Assembly (NCBI GenBank): GCA_964520545.1
Contig: CAZFOD010000003.1
Location: 20,728 to 84,727 of the forward strand
From: an uncultured Candidatus Saccharibacteria bacterium
GTDB taxonomy: Bacteria; Patescibacteriota; Minisyncoccia; Phycocordibacterales; CAIZLB01
Direction of reading: 5' to 3'
DNA: 64,000 bases
The notes beneath the pieces are model-generated. The model was not told the DNA's origin. It saw only the letters and a list, made by a program, of their open reading frames with translations, and did not search any database. How positions within the stretch are numbered: position 1 is the first letter of the stretch; each line of letters begins with the position of its first letter. A program made the position numbers and the translations under genes. Below, in pieces: positions 29,935-39,539 of the stretch.

Positions 29935-32790
29935 ATGAAATCTAAAAAAGAAACACAATACGATCATATAAAGATCGAGAAGAAATGGCAGAAAGTTTGG
30001 GAAACAAAGAAGCCATACAAGGCTTCTGATACGAGTAAGGCAAAGAAATTCTATCCTCTTGTAGAATTCCCATTCCCTTCTGGAGCAGGACTCCATACCG
30101 GACACATTCGCAGTTATGCTGCGATGGATATTGTTGCACGTAAACGTCGTATGATGGGAGAAAATGTGTTGTATCCAATCGGATGGGATGCCTTTGGTCT
30201 TCCTACTGAAAACTTTGCGATAAAGACAGGTAAACAGCCTAAGCTTGTAACAAAGGAAAATACGGACAACTTCCGCCGGCAATTAAAGATGCTTGGTCTT
30301 TCATTTGATTGGTCTCGAGAAATCAATACAACAGATCCTGAGTACTATAAATGGACCCAGTGGATATTCATACAGATGTTTAGGAAAGGACTGGCGTACA
30401 AGGCTCGTACGGCAGTAAATTGGTGTCCAAAAGACAAGACAGTGCTTGCAAACGAAGAAGTCATAAATGGGGCGTGTGAACGTTGTGGTACAAACGTTGA
30501 GAAGAGAGAAAAGGAACAGTGGATGCTTGCCATTACAAAGTATGCAGATCGTCTCGACAAAGATCTCGACACTGTCGACTATCTAGAACGTATAAAGATA
30601 CAGCAGCGTAATTGGATTGGTAGAAGTACTGGGTCAGAATTGGATTTCTCAATTGTTGGATCAAAGGAGAGTGTGAAGGTATTCACGACACGAGCGGATA
30701 CGCTCTTTGGTGTGACCTATGTTGTCCTCGCACCAGAACATGCTCTCGTTGAACAGCTTTTAGATAAGGTTTCTAACAAAGCTGAAGTAGTGAAATATAT
30801 TACTGCAGCTAAAGCTCGAGCAGATATTGATAGGACTGCGGAAGGAAAGGAAAAAACAGGAGTTGAACTTAAAGGCGTAAAGGCAGTTAACCCTGCAAAT
30901 GGTGAGGAGGTTCCTGTTTGGATTGCTGACTATGTCCTCGCAACATATGGAACGGGTGCTGTCATGGCGGTTCCTGCACATGATCAAAGAGATCTTGAGT
31001 TTGCTCAGAAATATAATCTTCCAGTAAAAAATGTTGTCATTCCGTCTGTCGTTGACCATGTAAATCCTCCACGTGCTGATAAGGGAACCAAGGTAAGAAA
31101 GAATGTACACGCCATAGTTTTTGATCCTAAGACGAAGAAATACCTCATCATCCGTAACAAGAAGTTCGGATGGGACACTGTTGTCATCGGAGGAATTGAA
31201 GAAGGAGAAGAACCGGTTGATTCAGCACTCCGAGAGTTAGCCGAAGAGACTGGCTACACTGATGTGGAATATAAAAGAACACTTGGTGGACCTGTTCAGG
31301 CTGCATATTTTGCAAAACATAAAGACGAAAACCGTGTAGCTTTTGCTACAGGTGTATATTTTGAATTGAAGAGTGATAAGCGATTAGAGATTGATCAAGG
31401 CGGTGAAAACGAGGGAAATGAAATCCTTTGGGTAGACGGAGCTGAATTTGTCCCTGGAAAGATGGTTAACTCTGAACTTCCATATTGGCTTGAAAGACTT
31501 ACGGCACAAAAAGATATTGCGTATGAAGGGAAGGGAATCCTTGCCGAATCTGGATCATTTGATGGAATGGATTCTGATTCAGCAAAGGTGAAGATTACAA
31601 AGCTTGTGCATGGAAAAGAGGTAACAAAATACAAGTTGAGAGACTGGGTTTTTTCTCGACAACGATATTGGGGAGAACCAATCCCTGTTGTTAATTGTGC
31701 AGCATGCGGATTAGTGGCGCTTCCTGACAAGGAACTTCCTCTTAAATTACCTGAGATAAAGAAATATGAACCTACAGATACCGGTGAATCACCACTTGCA
31801 ACGATAGAGAAGTGGGTAAAGACTAAATGCCCTAATTGTAAGGGTCCAGCAAAGCGCGAAACTGACACTATGCCTCAGTGGGCTGGATCTAGTTGGTACT
31901 ATTTGCGATATGCAGATCCAAAGAACAAGAAAGCACTTATAGATCCAAAGAAACTTAATATCTGGCAGCCTGTTGATTGGTACAACGGGGGTATGGAACA
32001 CACTACTCTTCATTTGTTGTACTCTCGATTCTGGCATAAATTCCTTTTTGACATTGGAGTGGTAAAAACAATTGAACCGTATGCTAAGCGTACCTCTCAC
32101 GGCCTCATTTTGGCCGAAGGCGGAGCGAAAATGTCGAAGTCGAAGGGAAACGTGGTTAACCCCGACGACCTCGTTAAACTCTACGGTGCGGACACATTGC
32201 GTCTTTATGAAATGTTCATGGGTCCATTTGATCAGGCAATACCATGGAGTAGTGACAATATGATCGGACCTCGAAGATTCATTGAAAGAACATGGAATCT
32301 TGCAAAGAAGGTTAAGAAAGCTGATGCCGACAAGGAGGTTGATGCACTGGTTCATAAGACTATTAAAAAAGTGAGTGGGGATATAGAGGGTATGGGCTTC
32401 AATACCGCAGTATCATCACTTATGATTCTCCTCAATGCGTTTGAGAAACAGACTGTAGTATCAAAGGACCATTACAAGATATTCCTTCAGCTCCTTGCTC
32501 CTTTCGTGCCTCATGTTGCTGAAGAATTATGGGCAGAGCAGGGAAACAAGAAGAGTATTCATCAGTCTCCGTGGCCAGAATTTGACCCAAAGAAGCTTAT
32601 TTCCGATTCCTTTAATATTGTTGTCCAAGTTAACGGAAAGGTACGAACTACCTTTGTTTCTGACAGTAATGACGAGGAGACTGTTAAGAAATATGCCCTT
32701 GAACACCCTGTGGTCATCAAATGGCTGGAGGGTAAGACCCCAATTAAGGTCATTTATATCCCAGACAAGCTTGTGAATATCGTCATTTAG
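29935..32790 (+). CDS. leuS: Leucine--tRNA ligase with an inserted Nudix hydrolase domain
   Basis: Class I HTGH (HIGH) and KMSKS motifs; CP1 editing signatures TTRADTLFGVTYVVLAPEH and GTGAVMAVPAHDQRD; extra ~160 aa (res ~368-525) with perfect Nudix box GGIEEGEEPVDSALRELAEETGY. Confidence 0.9.
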   Translation: MKSKKETQYDHIKIEKKWQKVWETKKPYKASDTSKAKKFYPLVEFPFPSGAGLHTGHIRSYAAMDIVARKRRMMGENVLYPIGWDAFGLPTENFAIKTGKQPKLVTKENTDNFRRQLKMLGLSFDWSREINTTDPEYYKWTQWIFIQMFRKGLAYKARTAVNWCPKDKTVLANEEVINGACERCGTNVEKREKEQWMLAITKYADRLDKDLDTVDYLERIKIQQRNWIGRSTGSELDFSIVGSKESVKVFTTRADTLFGVTYVVLAPEHALVEQLLDKVSNKAEVVKYITAAKARADIDRTAEGKEKTGVELKGVKAVNPANGEEVPVWIADYVLATYGTGAVMAVPAHDQRDLEFAQKYNLPVKNVVIPSVVDHVNPPRADKGTKVRKNVHAIVFDPKTKKYLIIRNKKFGWDTVVIGGIEEGEEPVDSALRELAEETGYTDVEYKRTLGGPVQAAYFAKHKDENRVAFATGVYFELKSDKRLEIDQGGENEGNEILWVDGAEFVPGKMVNSELPYWLERLTAQKDIAYEGKGILAESGSFDGMDSDSAKVKITKLVHGKEVTKYKLRDWVFSRQRYWGEPIPVVNCAACGLVALPDKELPLKLPEIKKYEPTDTGESPLATIEKWVKTKCPNCKGPAKRETDTMPQWAGSSWYYLRYADPKNKKALIDPKKLNIWQPVDWYNGGMEHTTLHLLYSRFWHKFLFDIGVVKTIEPYAKRTSHGLILAEGGAKMSKSKGNVVNPDDLVKLYGADTLRLYEMFMGPFDQAIPWSSDNMIGPRRFIERTWNLAKKVKKADADKEVDALVHKTIKKVSGDIEGMGFNTAVSSLMILLNAFEKQTVVSKDHYKIFLQLLAPFVPHVAEELWAEQGNKKSIHQSPWPEFDPKKLISDSFNIVVQVNGKVRTTFVSDSNDEETVKKYALEHPVVIKWLEGKTPIKVIYIPDKLVNIVI

Positions 32791-32853
32791 AGCCAATAAC
32801 ACCACTTACTTGACCATTTCACTAGTGTGTGCTACAAATAAAGTATAAATTTT

Positions 32854-33897
32854 ATGGCAGCAATCGCCCTCAACTTTAAACCAAAGAATGTAACAAAGAA
32901 ATTACTCGCTGCCTTGCCTGAAAGGGCTCGTTTGGTGGTATCTAAGCGTTACGGTCTTGATAAGACAAATGAAAGAATGACCCTCGAGGCTATCGGGGAG
33001 CTTTATGGCATTACCAGAGAGCGTGTTCGACAGATTGAAAATGCTGCTCTTGCTAATATCCGAAAATCAGGCTCTTTTAAGCAGGAAAAGGCTGCTTTTG
33101 ATGAGCTTCAGTCTATCGTAGTAGCCCTTGGCTCAATTGTCTCAGAAGATGATCTTCTTTCTCATGTTGCAAAGGATGAGTCAACTCAAAATCATGTTCA
33201 CTTCATGCTTGTTGTTAGCGATACCTTCAAGAAGGAAAAGGAAGATGACGAATTCAAGCACCGATGGCATGTAGATACAGAGCTCTCAAAAAAGATTCAT
33301 GAGGCTCTTCGAAAGCTCTACAAAAACCTCAATGATGACGATTTAGTTCCTGAATCTGAAATGATCGAGAAATTCCTCGAACATTTGAAGGATGTTAATG
33401 ATAAATACAAGAACGAGGAGGTTGCAAAGCGATGGTTGCGAATCTCAAAGCATATCGATAAGAACCCTCTTGGCGAATGGGGTAAGGCATCTTCACCTAA
33501 TGTCCGAACAAAGGGTATTCGAGACTATGCATTCCTCGCTATGCGAAAGCACGGCTCACCTATACACTTCCGAGACATTGCAAAGCTCATACAGCAGCTT
33601 TTCAACAAGAAGGCACATGTTGCTACAACTCATAACGAATTGATTAAAGACAAGCGATTCGTATTGGTTGGACGAGGTCTCTATGCACTTACTGAATGGG
33701 GGTATCTTTCAGGTGTCGTCAAAGACGTCATCAAGAAGGTCCTTACAAAAAACGGTCCACTTACAAAAGATCAAATCATCGAAAAGGTACTCAAGGAACG
33801 ATACGTAAAAGAAAATACTATCTTAGTAAACCTCCAGAACAGCAAGCAGTTCAAGAAGGACAAAGAAGGAAAGTATCACTTGGTAGAAGAGAAATAA
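32854..33897 (+). CDS. DNA-binding protein: sigma-70 region-4-like HTH plus C-terminal HARE-HTH-like domain
   Basis: TLEAIGELYGITRERVRQIENAALANIRK (region 4 signature); C-terminal ...DKRFVLVGRGLYALTEWGY (HARE-HTH signature). Confidence 0.5.
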   Translation: MAAIALNFKPKNVTKKLLAALPERARLVVSKRYGLDKTNERMTLEAIGELYGITRERVRQIENAALANIRKSGSFKQEKAAFDELQSIVVALGSIVSEDDLLSHVAKDESTQNHVHFMLVVSDTFKKEKEDDEFKHRWHVDTELSKKIHEALRKLYKNLNDDDLVPESEMIEKFLEHLKDVNDKYKNEEVAKRWLRISKHIDKNPLGEWGKASSPNVRTKGIRDYAFLAMRKHGSPIHFRDIAKLIQQLFNKKAHVATTHNELIKDKRFVLVGRGLYALTEWGYLSGVVKDVIKKVLTKNGPLTKDQIIEKVLKERYVKENTILVNLQNSKQFKKDKEGKYHLVEEK

Positions 33898-33903
33898 AGA
33901 AAG

Positions 33904-33926
33904 ACCCCGAAAGGGGCTTTTTCTTT
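33904..33926 (+). terminator. Intrinsic terminator (CCCCGAAAGGGG + TTTTTCTTT)
   Basis: GAAA tetraloop hairpin and T-run. Confidence 0.55.
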
Positions 33927-33964
33927 AGTGACGATTCGGAGATTATGAAGTAAAATAATATATC

Positions 33965-35212
33965 ATGTCAGGTAATGAAGCTCTTCAGCAAATCTTTGGA
34001 CCTCTCTTTGGAATAATCATCCAGATTGTAGTCTTTGTCTCATTCATCATTGTCCCTATATTTCTCATGATTTGGTTTTGGAAGAACTGGGTGAAATATG
34101 TTCGTGCTGTATTCTTCGCTTCTCAAAAGTATGTAGTGTTGGAGCTTAAGATTCCAAAAGGAATTGCCAAGAGTCCACTTGCTATGGAGCTCTTTATGAC
34201 CTCACTTTTCCAAACTGGAGGTGAGGGTACTCCGTTTGATAAGTTCTGGTTGGGGAAGACTCGTCCGTGGTTTTCGCTTGAGATTGCATCAATTGAAGGA
34301 CAGGTACGCTTTTTCATCTGGACCCGAGAGGCATTCAAGGGACTCGTTGAAAGCCAACTCTATGGTCAGTTTCCTGATATTGAAATGAATACTGTTGAGG
34401 ACTATAGCTCGAAAATAAACTTTAACTGGGCTGATCACCAAATGTGGGCGTGTGATTTTAAGAAAGGACAAGCATCACATCTCCCGATAAAAACATATAT
34501 AAATTATGGTCTTGATAAGGATCCGAAGGAAGAGGTAAAGATCGATCCAATAACATCAATCATCGAATTTCTTGGCTCCGTTGGCCGAGGTGAACAAATC
34601 TGGATGCAAATTGTCATCAGAGCTCATAAAAAGGAATTAACTAAACCAGGAACATGGTTTGAAAAAGTAGACTGGACCGATGCTGCAAAAAAGGATGTTG
34701 ATAAAATTATGAAGCGTGATAAGAAGGCTAAAGATGGAGAAGTGAACTTTGCTGATTTTTCAATGACAAAGGGTGAGCGTGAAAAAGTAGAAGCAATTGA
34801 AAAGAATGTTTCAAAGCTTGCCTTTGATTGCGGTATTAGAGCTATATACGTCGCTAGGAAAGATAGTTTCAAGCCCGCAATGATTCCAGGCCTTACTGGA
34901 AGCCTCCGTCAGTACAATGCTCCTAACCTAAACGGCTTCGCTCCAGCTAACGGTACTGCCTACGACTATCCATGGCAGGACTTTACTGGAGTAAGGACAA
35001 TGAAAAAGAAAGAAAAGATGATGTTCCTTTATAGGAATCGATCTTTCTTCTACCCAGAATTCTTTCCAGATGGATATGAATATGAAGCTTTTGTCATGAC
35101 GACAGAGGAACTCGCCACCATATATCACTTCCCAGGTGATGTTTCTCGAACCCCTAACCTTAGTCGAATTTCTGCAAAGAGAGCAGAAGCTCCATCAAAT
35201 CTTCCGATTTAA
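33965..35212 (+). CDS. Hypothetical membrane protein
   Basis: N-terminal TM helix, large soluble domain; no recognised family. Confidence 0.45.
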   Translation: MSGNEALQQIFGPLFGIIIQIVVFVSFIIVPIFLMIWFWKNWVKYVRAVFFASQKYVVLELKIPKGIAKSPLAMELFMTSLFQTGGEGTPFDKFWLGKTRPWFSLEIASIEGQVRFFIWTREAFKGLVESQLYGQFPDIEMNTVEDYSSKINFNWADHQMWACDFKKGQASHLPIKTYINYGLDKDPKEEVKIDPITSIIEFLGSVGRGEQIWMQIVIRAHKKELTKPGTWFEKVDWTDAAKKDVDKIMKRDKKAKDGEVNFADFSMTKGEREKVEAIEKNVSKLAFDCGIRAIYVARKDSFKPAMIPGLTGSLRQYNAPNLNGFAPANGTAYDYPWQDFTGVRTMKKKEKMMFLYRNRSFFYPEFFPDGYEYEAFVMTTEELATIYHFPGDVSRTPNLSRISAKRAEAPSNLPI

Positions 35213-35215
35213 TCC

Positions 35216-36181
35216 ATGTCATCACTCGGCAAATCATTGCGATTCGGGATATTGGGTGGACTCTTGGCTTTTTCAGTCATCATTGCCTTCTATCAATTCG
35301 TCCTGTCAGCTCCTTCTAATTTTGTTTCCGGTACATCCATTGTCATAGATCCAGGACAAAGTATTTCGAGTATCACTAATGAGTTGCACATGAACAATAT
35401 TGTTCGATCTCCTCTATTATTCAGAAGCCTTGTCATTTTCTACGGAGGCGAGCGGCGTACATCTGCTGGTATGTATCTCTTCAATGGGCCTCAAGATGTG
35501 TTCCATATAGCTCACCGTATTTCAAATGGTGACTATGGTTATGTACCCGTTAAATTAACTTTGCCTGAAGGGTTAACGTCAGCAGAAACAGCAAAGCTTG
35601 TTCATGACAAGTTTCCGCAAATTAATGAGAAAGATGCTGAGATTGCTTTTAGGCCGTATGAAGGAAAGCTTTTCCCAGAAACATATTTCTTTTCACCACA
35701 GGCACCTCTTCAAATGATTTTAGATAGGTTACTGGCGCAGTTTGATAAGAGCATTGGGAGTAGAACAAAAGCCATTGAGGATTCAGGTCGTTCACTTGAC
35801 GAAATATTGATACTCGCCTCCATTCTTGAGGAGGAAGTGCAGAATGACATTGATCGTCGCATAGTTGCGGGTCTCATTTTACGTCGATTAGAAATTGACA
35901 TGCCGCTTCAGGTTGATAGCACATTGGGGTATGTTACGGGCAAAGCATCTCTTCAGCTTACTCTAAAAGACCTACAGCTTGATTCGCCATACAATACATA
36001 TAAGTACAAAGGGTTGCCTCCTACTCCAATTTCTAATCCGGGCCTTTCATCGATAGATGCGGCACTTAATCCGACTCCTAGTAAGTACCTCTATTTTCTT
36101 TCTGATAAAGATGGTATAAATCATTTCGCCGTAACCTACGGTGAACATGTTAAAAATCGTAAAAAATACCTCGGGAAATAA
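35216..36181 (+). CDS. mltG: Endolytic murein transglycosylase MltG (second paralog)
   Basis: DSPYNTYKYKGLPPTPISNPG and C-terminal HFAVTYGEHVKN motifs. Confidence 0.75.
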   Translation: MSSLGKSLRFGILGGLLAFSVIIAFYQFVLSAPSNFVSGTSIVIDPGQSISSITNELHMNNIVRSPLLFRSLVIFYGGERRTSAGMYLFNGPQDVFHIAHRISNGDYGYVPVKLTLPEGLTSAETAKLVHDKFPQINEKDAEIAFRPYEGKLFPETYFFSPQAPLQMILDRLLAQFDKSIGSRTKAIEDSGRSLDEILILASILEEEVQNDIDRRIVAGLILRRLEIDMPLQVDSTLGYVTGKASLQLTLKDLQLDSPYNTYKYKGLPPTPISNPGLSSIDAALNPTPSKYLYFLSDKDGINHFAVTYGEHVKNRKKYLGK

Positions 36182-37247
36182 GAAGGTCTGGGTTGGTATG
36201 TCTGGTGGTGTAGATTCTTCTGTATCAGCCTTGCTTTTGAAGCAGGCGGGTTTCGACGTGACAGGTGTGTTCATTAAAGTGTGGCAGCCTGAGAATGGAG
36301 AGTGTACATGGAAAGATGAGCGACGGGATGCAATGAGGGTTGCGGCTCATCTGGATATTCCATTTCTTACATTTGATTTTGGAGATGAATACAAAAAAGA
36401 AGTTGTTGATTACATGATCCGAGAATACAAGCAGGGTAGAACTCCAAACCCTGATGTTATGTGCAACCGATTCATTAAGTTCGGCTCTTTCCTTAAGGCT
36501 GCAAGGGAAGCTGGTGTTGACTATGTTGCAACGGGTCATTACGCACAAAATATTTTAAATATTAAGACTGGAAATTTTGAACTTAAAGAAGGAGCTGACA
36601 AGAATAAAGATCAAACATATTTTCTTTGGACATTAAATCAGTCCGACCTGCAACACATATTGTTCCCTGTTGGACACTTGCAGAAGAGAGAGGTACGAAA
36701 GATTGCAGAAAAGAATAGCTTACCAATATTCGACAAGAAGGATAGTCAGGGTATCTGCTTCATTGGACATGTCGACATGAAAGAATTCCTGAAGGAACAT
36801 ATTGATACACAAAAAGGGAATGTCATTGATATGAAAGGTGAAATAATCGGTGAACACGACGGTGCCCTCCTGTATACCATCGGAGAACGCCATGGTTTTA
36901 CTTTGTACAATTCGTCGCCTGACGAACACCCAAAGTATGTAATCACTAAGGATGTATCGAAGAATACAATCACGGTGGCGGAATATACCGAGGAAGTAGT
37001 CTCTCATATGGCTAAAACAGCCCTAGCGAGCTCTGTAAGTGCTACAAGTGGTGAAATGGACTCACTCATTGGTACTTTTGACGTAAGGCTTAGATATAGG
37101 CAAGAGAAGCAGAGATGCAATATCAAGAAGGGTAAGGAAGGTACCCTAGAGATCACATTTGATCCTCCTCAGAAAACGGTAACTTCTGGCCAGTCTATTG
37201 TCATTTATGATGGCGAAGTCTGTAGGGGCGGTGGTATACTGGTTTAA
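36141..37247 (+). CDS. mnmA: tRNA-specific 2-thiouridylase MnmA
   Basis: PP-loop KVWVGMSGGVDSSVSA; conserved Cys pattern; 368 aa. Confidence 0.85.
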   Translation: MNMLKIVKNTSGNKKVWVGMSGGVDSSVSALLLKQAGFDVTGVFIKVWQPENGECTWKDERRDAMRVAAHLDIPFLTFDFGDEYKKEVVDYMIREYKQGRTPNPDVMCNRFIKFGSFLKAAREAGVDYVATGHYAQNILNIKTGNFELKEGADKNKDQTYFLWTLNQSDLQHILFPVGHLQKREVRKIAEKNSLPIFDKKDSQGICFIGHVDMKEFLKEHIDTQKGNVIDMKGEIIGEHDGALLYTIGERHGFTLYNSSPDEHPKYVITKDVSKNTITVAEYTEEVVSHMAKTALASSVSATSGEMDSLIGTFDVRLRYRQEKQRCNIKKGKEGTLEITFDPPQKTVTSGQSIVIYDGEVCRGGGILV

Positions 37248-37268
37248 TAAATATTAAACAGGCCACTC

Positions 37269-38129
37269 ATGTCAAAACCGCAGAGTACTATATATGTAAT
37301 TAAAGAGGATGGCAAAAAGGAGGAATTTCTTCCCGAAAAACTACAAACATCTCTCATTAATACGGGAGCGAATCCAACAACCGCTGAAAAGATTGTGCGA
37401 GGAATTGTCGAATCAATGGCAAAAGATTCCATCATCGAAAAAACTACAAGTGACATATACAGAGAGGCTTTCCATCAACTTAAGGAAATGTCACATGCAG
37501 CTGCTGCGCGATACTCTCTCCGTCGTTCCCTCATGGAATTTGGTCCAACAGGTTTTCCATTTGAAGCCTACATTGCAGAGATATTCAAAAAACTGGGTTA
37601 CGAAACAATGATTGATCAAGTCGTATTTGGTAGCTGTGTTCCACATGAGGTGGATGTTGTTGCTTGGAATGACAACAAGCTTCTCATGGCTGAAGTAAAA
37701 TATCACAATGAGCCAGCGGGAAAGACAGACCTTAAAGTAGCTTTGTATGTAAAAGCTCGGTACGACGATCTCAAACAGAATTCATACGAATATGGTCAAA
37801 GTCGAAAGCTTGATGAGGGCTGGCTCATAACTAATACAAAATTTACTGATACTGCGATCACGTACGCAAATTGTTCCGGTGTCAAAATGCTTGGATGGGA
37901 CTACCCAGAAACAGGAAGCCTTAGAGAAATGATTGAAGAAACTAAGCTTCACCCCATCACATGTCTCACAACAATGAGTGCCTCTCAAAAGACTCATTTG
38001 ATGAACAAAAAGATCGTGCTTTGTAGATCTGTTTATGACAACAAGGAACTTCTAAAGGAAGCTGGCCTATCAGATCTTGAGATATTAAAAGTCATGGAGG
38101 AGATAAGTGATATATTTAAAAACGATTAA
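37269..38129 (+). CDS. ATP-cone domain fused to Mrr-like restriction-endonuclease (PD-(D/E)xK) domain
   Basis: N-terminal YVIKEDGKKEEFLPEKLQTSL (ATP-cone); FEAYIAEIFKKLGYET...EVDVVAW...LMAEVKY (Mrr_cat-like D...EVK). Confidence 0.5.
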   Translation: MSKPQSTIYVIKEDGKKEEFLPEKLQTSLINTGANPTTAEKIVRGIVESMAKDSIIEKTTSDIYREAFHQLKEMSHAAAARYSLRRSLMEFGPTGFPFEAYIAEIFKKLGYETMIDQVVFGSCVPHEVDVVAWNDNKLLMAEVKYHNEPAGKTDLKVALYVKARYDDLKQNSYEYGQSRKLDEGWLITNTKFTDTAITYANCSGVKMLGWDYPETGSLREMIEETKLHPITCLTTMSASQKTHLMNKKIVLCRSVYDNKELLKEAGLSDLEILKVMEEISDIFKND

Positions 38130-38138
38130 TAAATACAA

Positions 38139-38909
38139 ATGTCTGAATACTACAACCCAAACAGAGGTGCTGCATGGAACTACGGTGGCAAAGACTGGAA
38201 ACTTAGTCGTTCAAAGATTGATCTCTTCATGGAGTGCCCTCGTTGTTTCTATCTCGACAACAAGCTTGGGGTAAAGAGGGTTCCTGGATTTCCTTTTGCA
38301 TTAAACAGTGCTGTAGACTTTTTACTTAAACAAGAATTTGATGGTCACCGAATTAAAGGTGAACAGCATCCATTGCAAACTGAATACGGTATAGATGCAA
38401 GACCTGTAGAGCATAAAGAGCTTGATGAGTGGCGTCGAAACTTTGGGGGTATAACATACAAACATAAACCAACAGGACTCCTCATCTCAGGAGCAATTGA
38501 TGATCTATGGATAAATAGTAAAGATGAATATATTGTTGTTGATTACAAAGCAACCGCTAAGGAAGAGCCTGTAAAAGCACTTGATATGGATTGGCATGAT
38601 GGATATAAGCGTCAGATGGAGGTATATCAATGGCTTTTGACTCAGAATGGTTTGAAAGTTTCAAACACAGGATATTTTGTGTACTGCACTGGGAGAATGG
38701 ATCGGAAGTCGTTTGATAAGAAGATTGAGTTTGATATTTGTCTCATTCCATACAAAGGAACAACAGACTGGGTTGAACCGACATTACTTAAAATAAAAGA
38801 ATGTTTGGAATCGAATGATATTCCTACTGAAGGATCATCTTGTGACTATTGCGCATACCGAACTGCTGCAGGCAATGCTTTTAAAAAGCATATGACTAAG
38901 AAGAAGTAA
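38139..38909 (+). CDS. Cas4/RecB-like PD-(D/E)xK nuclease with putative Fe-S cluster Cys (CxxC...CxxC)
   Basis: Motifs GAIDDL, IVVDYK, QMEVY (QhxxY); Cys pairs CPRC (N-term) and CDYC (C-term). Confidence 0.55.
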   Translation: MSEYYNPNRGAAWNYGGKDWKLSRSKIDLFMECPRCFYLDNKLGVKRVPGFPFALNSAVDFLLKQEFDGHRIKGEQHPLQTEYGIDARPVEHKELDEWRRNFGGITYKHKPTGLLISGAIDDLWINSKDEYIVVDYKATAKEEPVKALDMDWHDGYKRQMEVYQWLLTQNGLKVSNTGYFVYCTGRMDRKSFDKKIEFDICLIPYKGTTDWVEPTLLKIKECLESNDIPTEGSSCDYCAYRTAAGNAFKKHMTKKK

Positions 38910-38910
38910 T

Positions 38911-39537
38911 ATGGATAGACCAGTACTCAACATTGAATATTGTCATGTGACCTTAGGGCAGGATTACAACGAACAGGTAAAGATTTCGAACGAAGTCGTT
39001 GGCAAGGTGGTAGAGGTATATAAAGATATTTACGATATTTCCCCGTATCTCATGATTGATGATCTCCGCTCGAAGGAAACAGTTACTGATGAATATATTA
39101 AAAATCTGATAGATTCTCTGACAATAAAGCCTGCGGCTATTTACCTCGAATCTTCATTTATTCCTCTTGCTGAAGATATTCTCTCAATTTTTGAAGGTAG
39201 TAATCATCACCTGGTGACAACAGAAGAGGAAAGGTGGCTACATCAAATTAAAGATACATACGGATCATCAACAGATTTCTTACTTTCATGGAAAGGCAAG
39301 GATGCTGAGCACGCAGTAAATTTTTCTTGTTCAACACTCGTTTCCGCGTCATATCTTTTTCGATTGGGTAGCGTGAATAATATTGATGTCAAACCGATAT
39401 ATGGAGAGATGAAACCTGCTCAAAAACTTCTCAATATATTGCCTTCAATTTACATGCAGACCGAGGCCAATGCTCAGACGATAATAGAAGCCTACAAGCC
39501 AGGAGCGTCAAAAGATATTATCACCCTTTTCTATTAA
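38911..39537 (+). CDS. Hypothetical protein
   Basis: 208-aa ORF tightly packed between Cas4-like and UDG genes. Confidence 0.45.
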   Translation: MDRPVLNIEYCHVTLGQDYNEQVKISNEVVGKVVEVYKDIYDISPYLMIDDLRSKETVTDEYIKNLIDSLTIKPAAIYLESSFIPLAEDILSIFEGSNHHLVTTEEERWLHQIKDTYGSSTDFLLSWKGKDAEHAVNFSCSTLVSASYLFRLGSVNNIDVKPIYGEMKPAQKLLNILPSIYMQTEANAQTIIEAYKPGASKDIITLFY

Positions 39538-39539
39538 CT

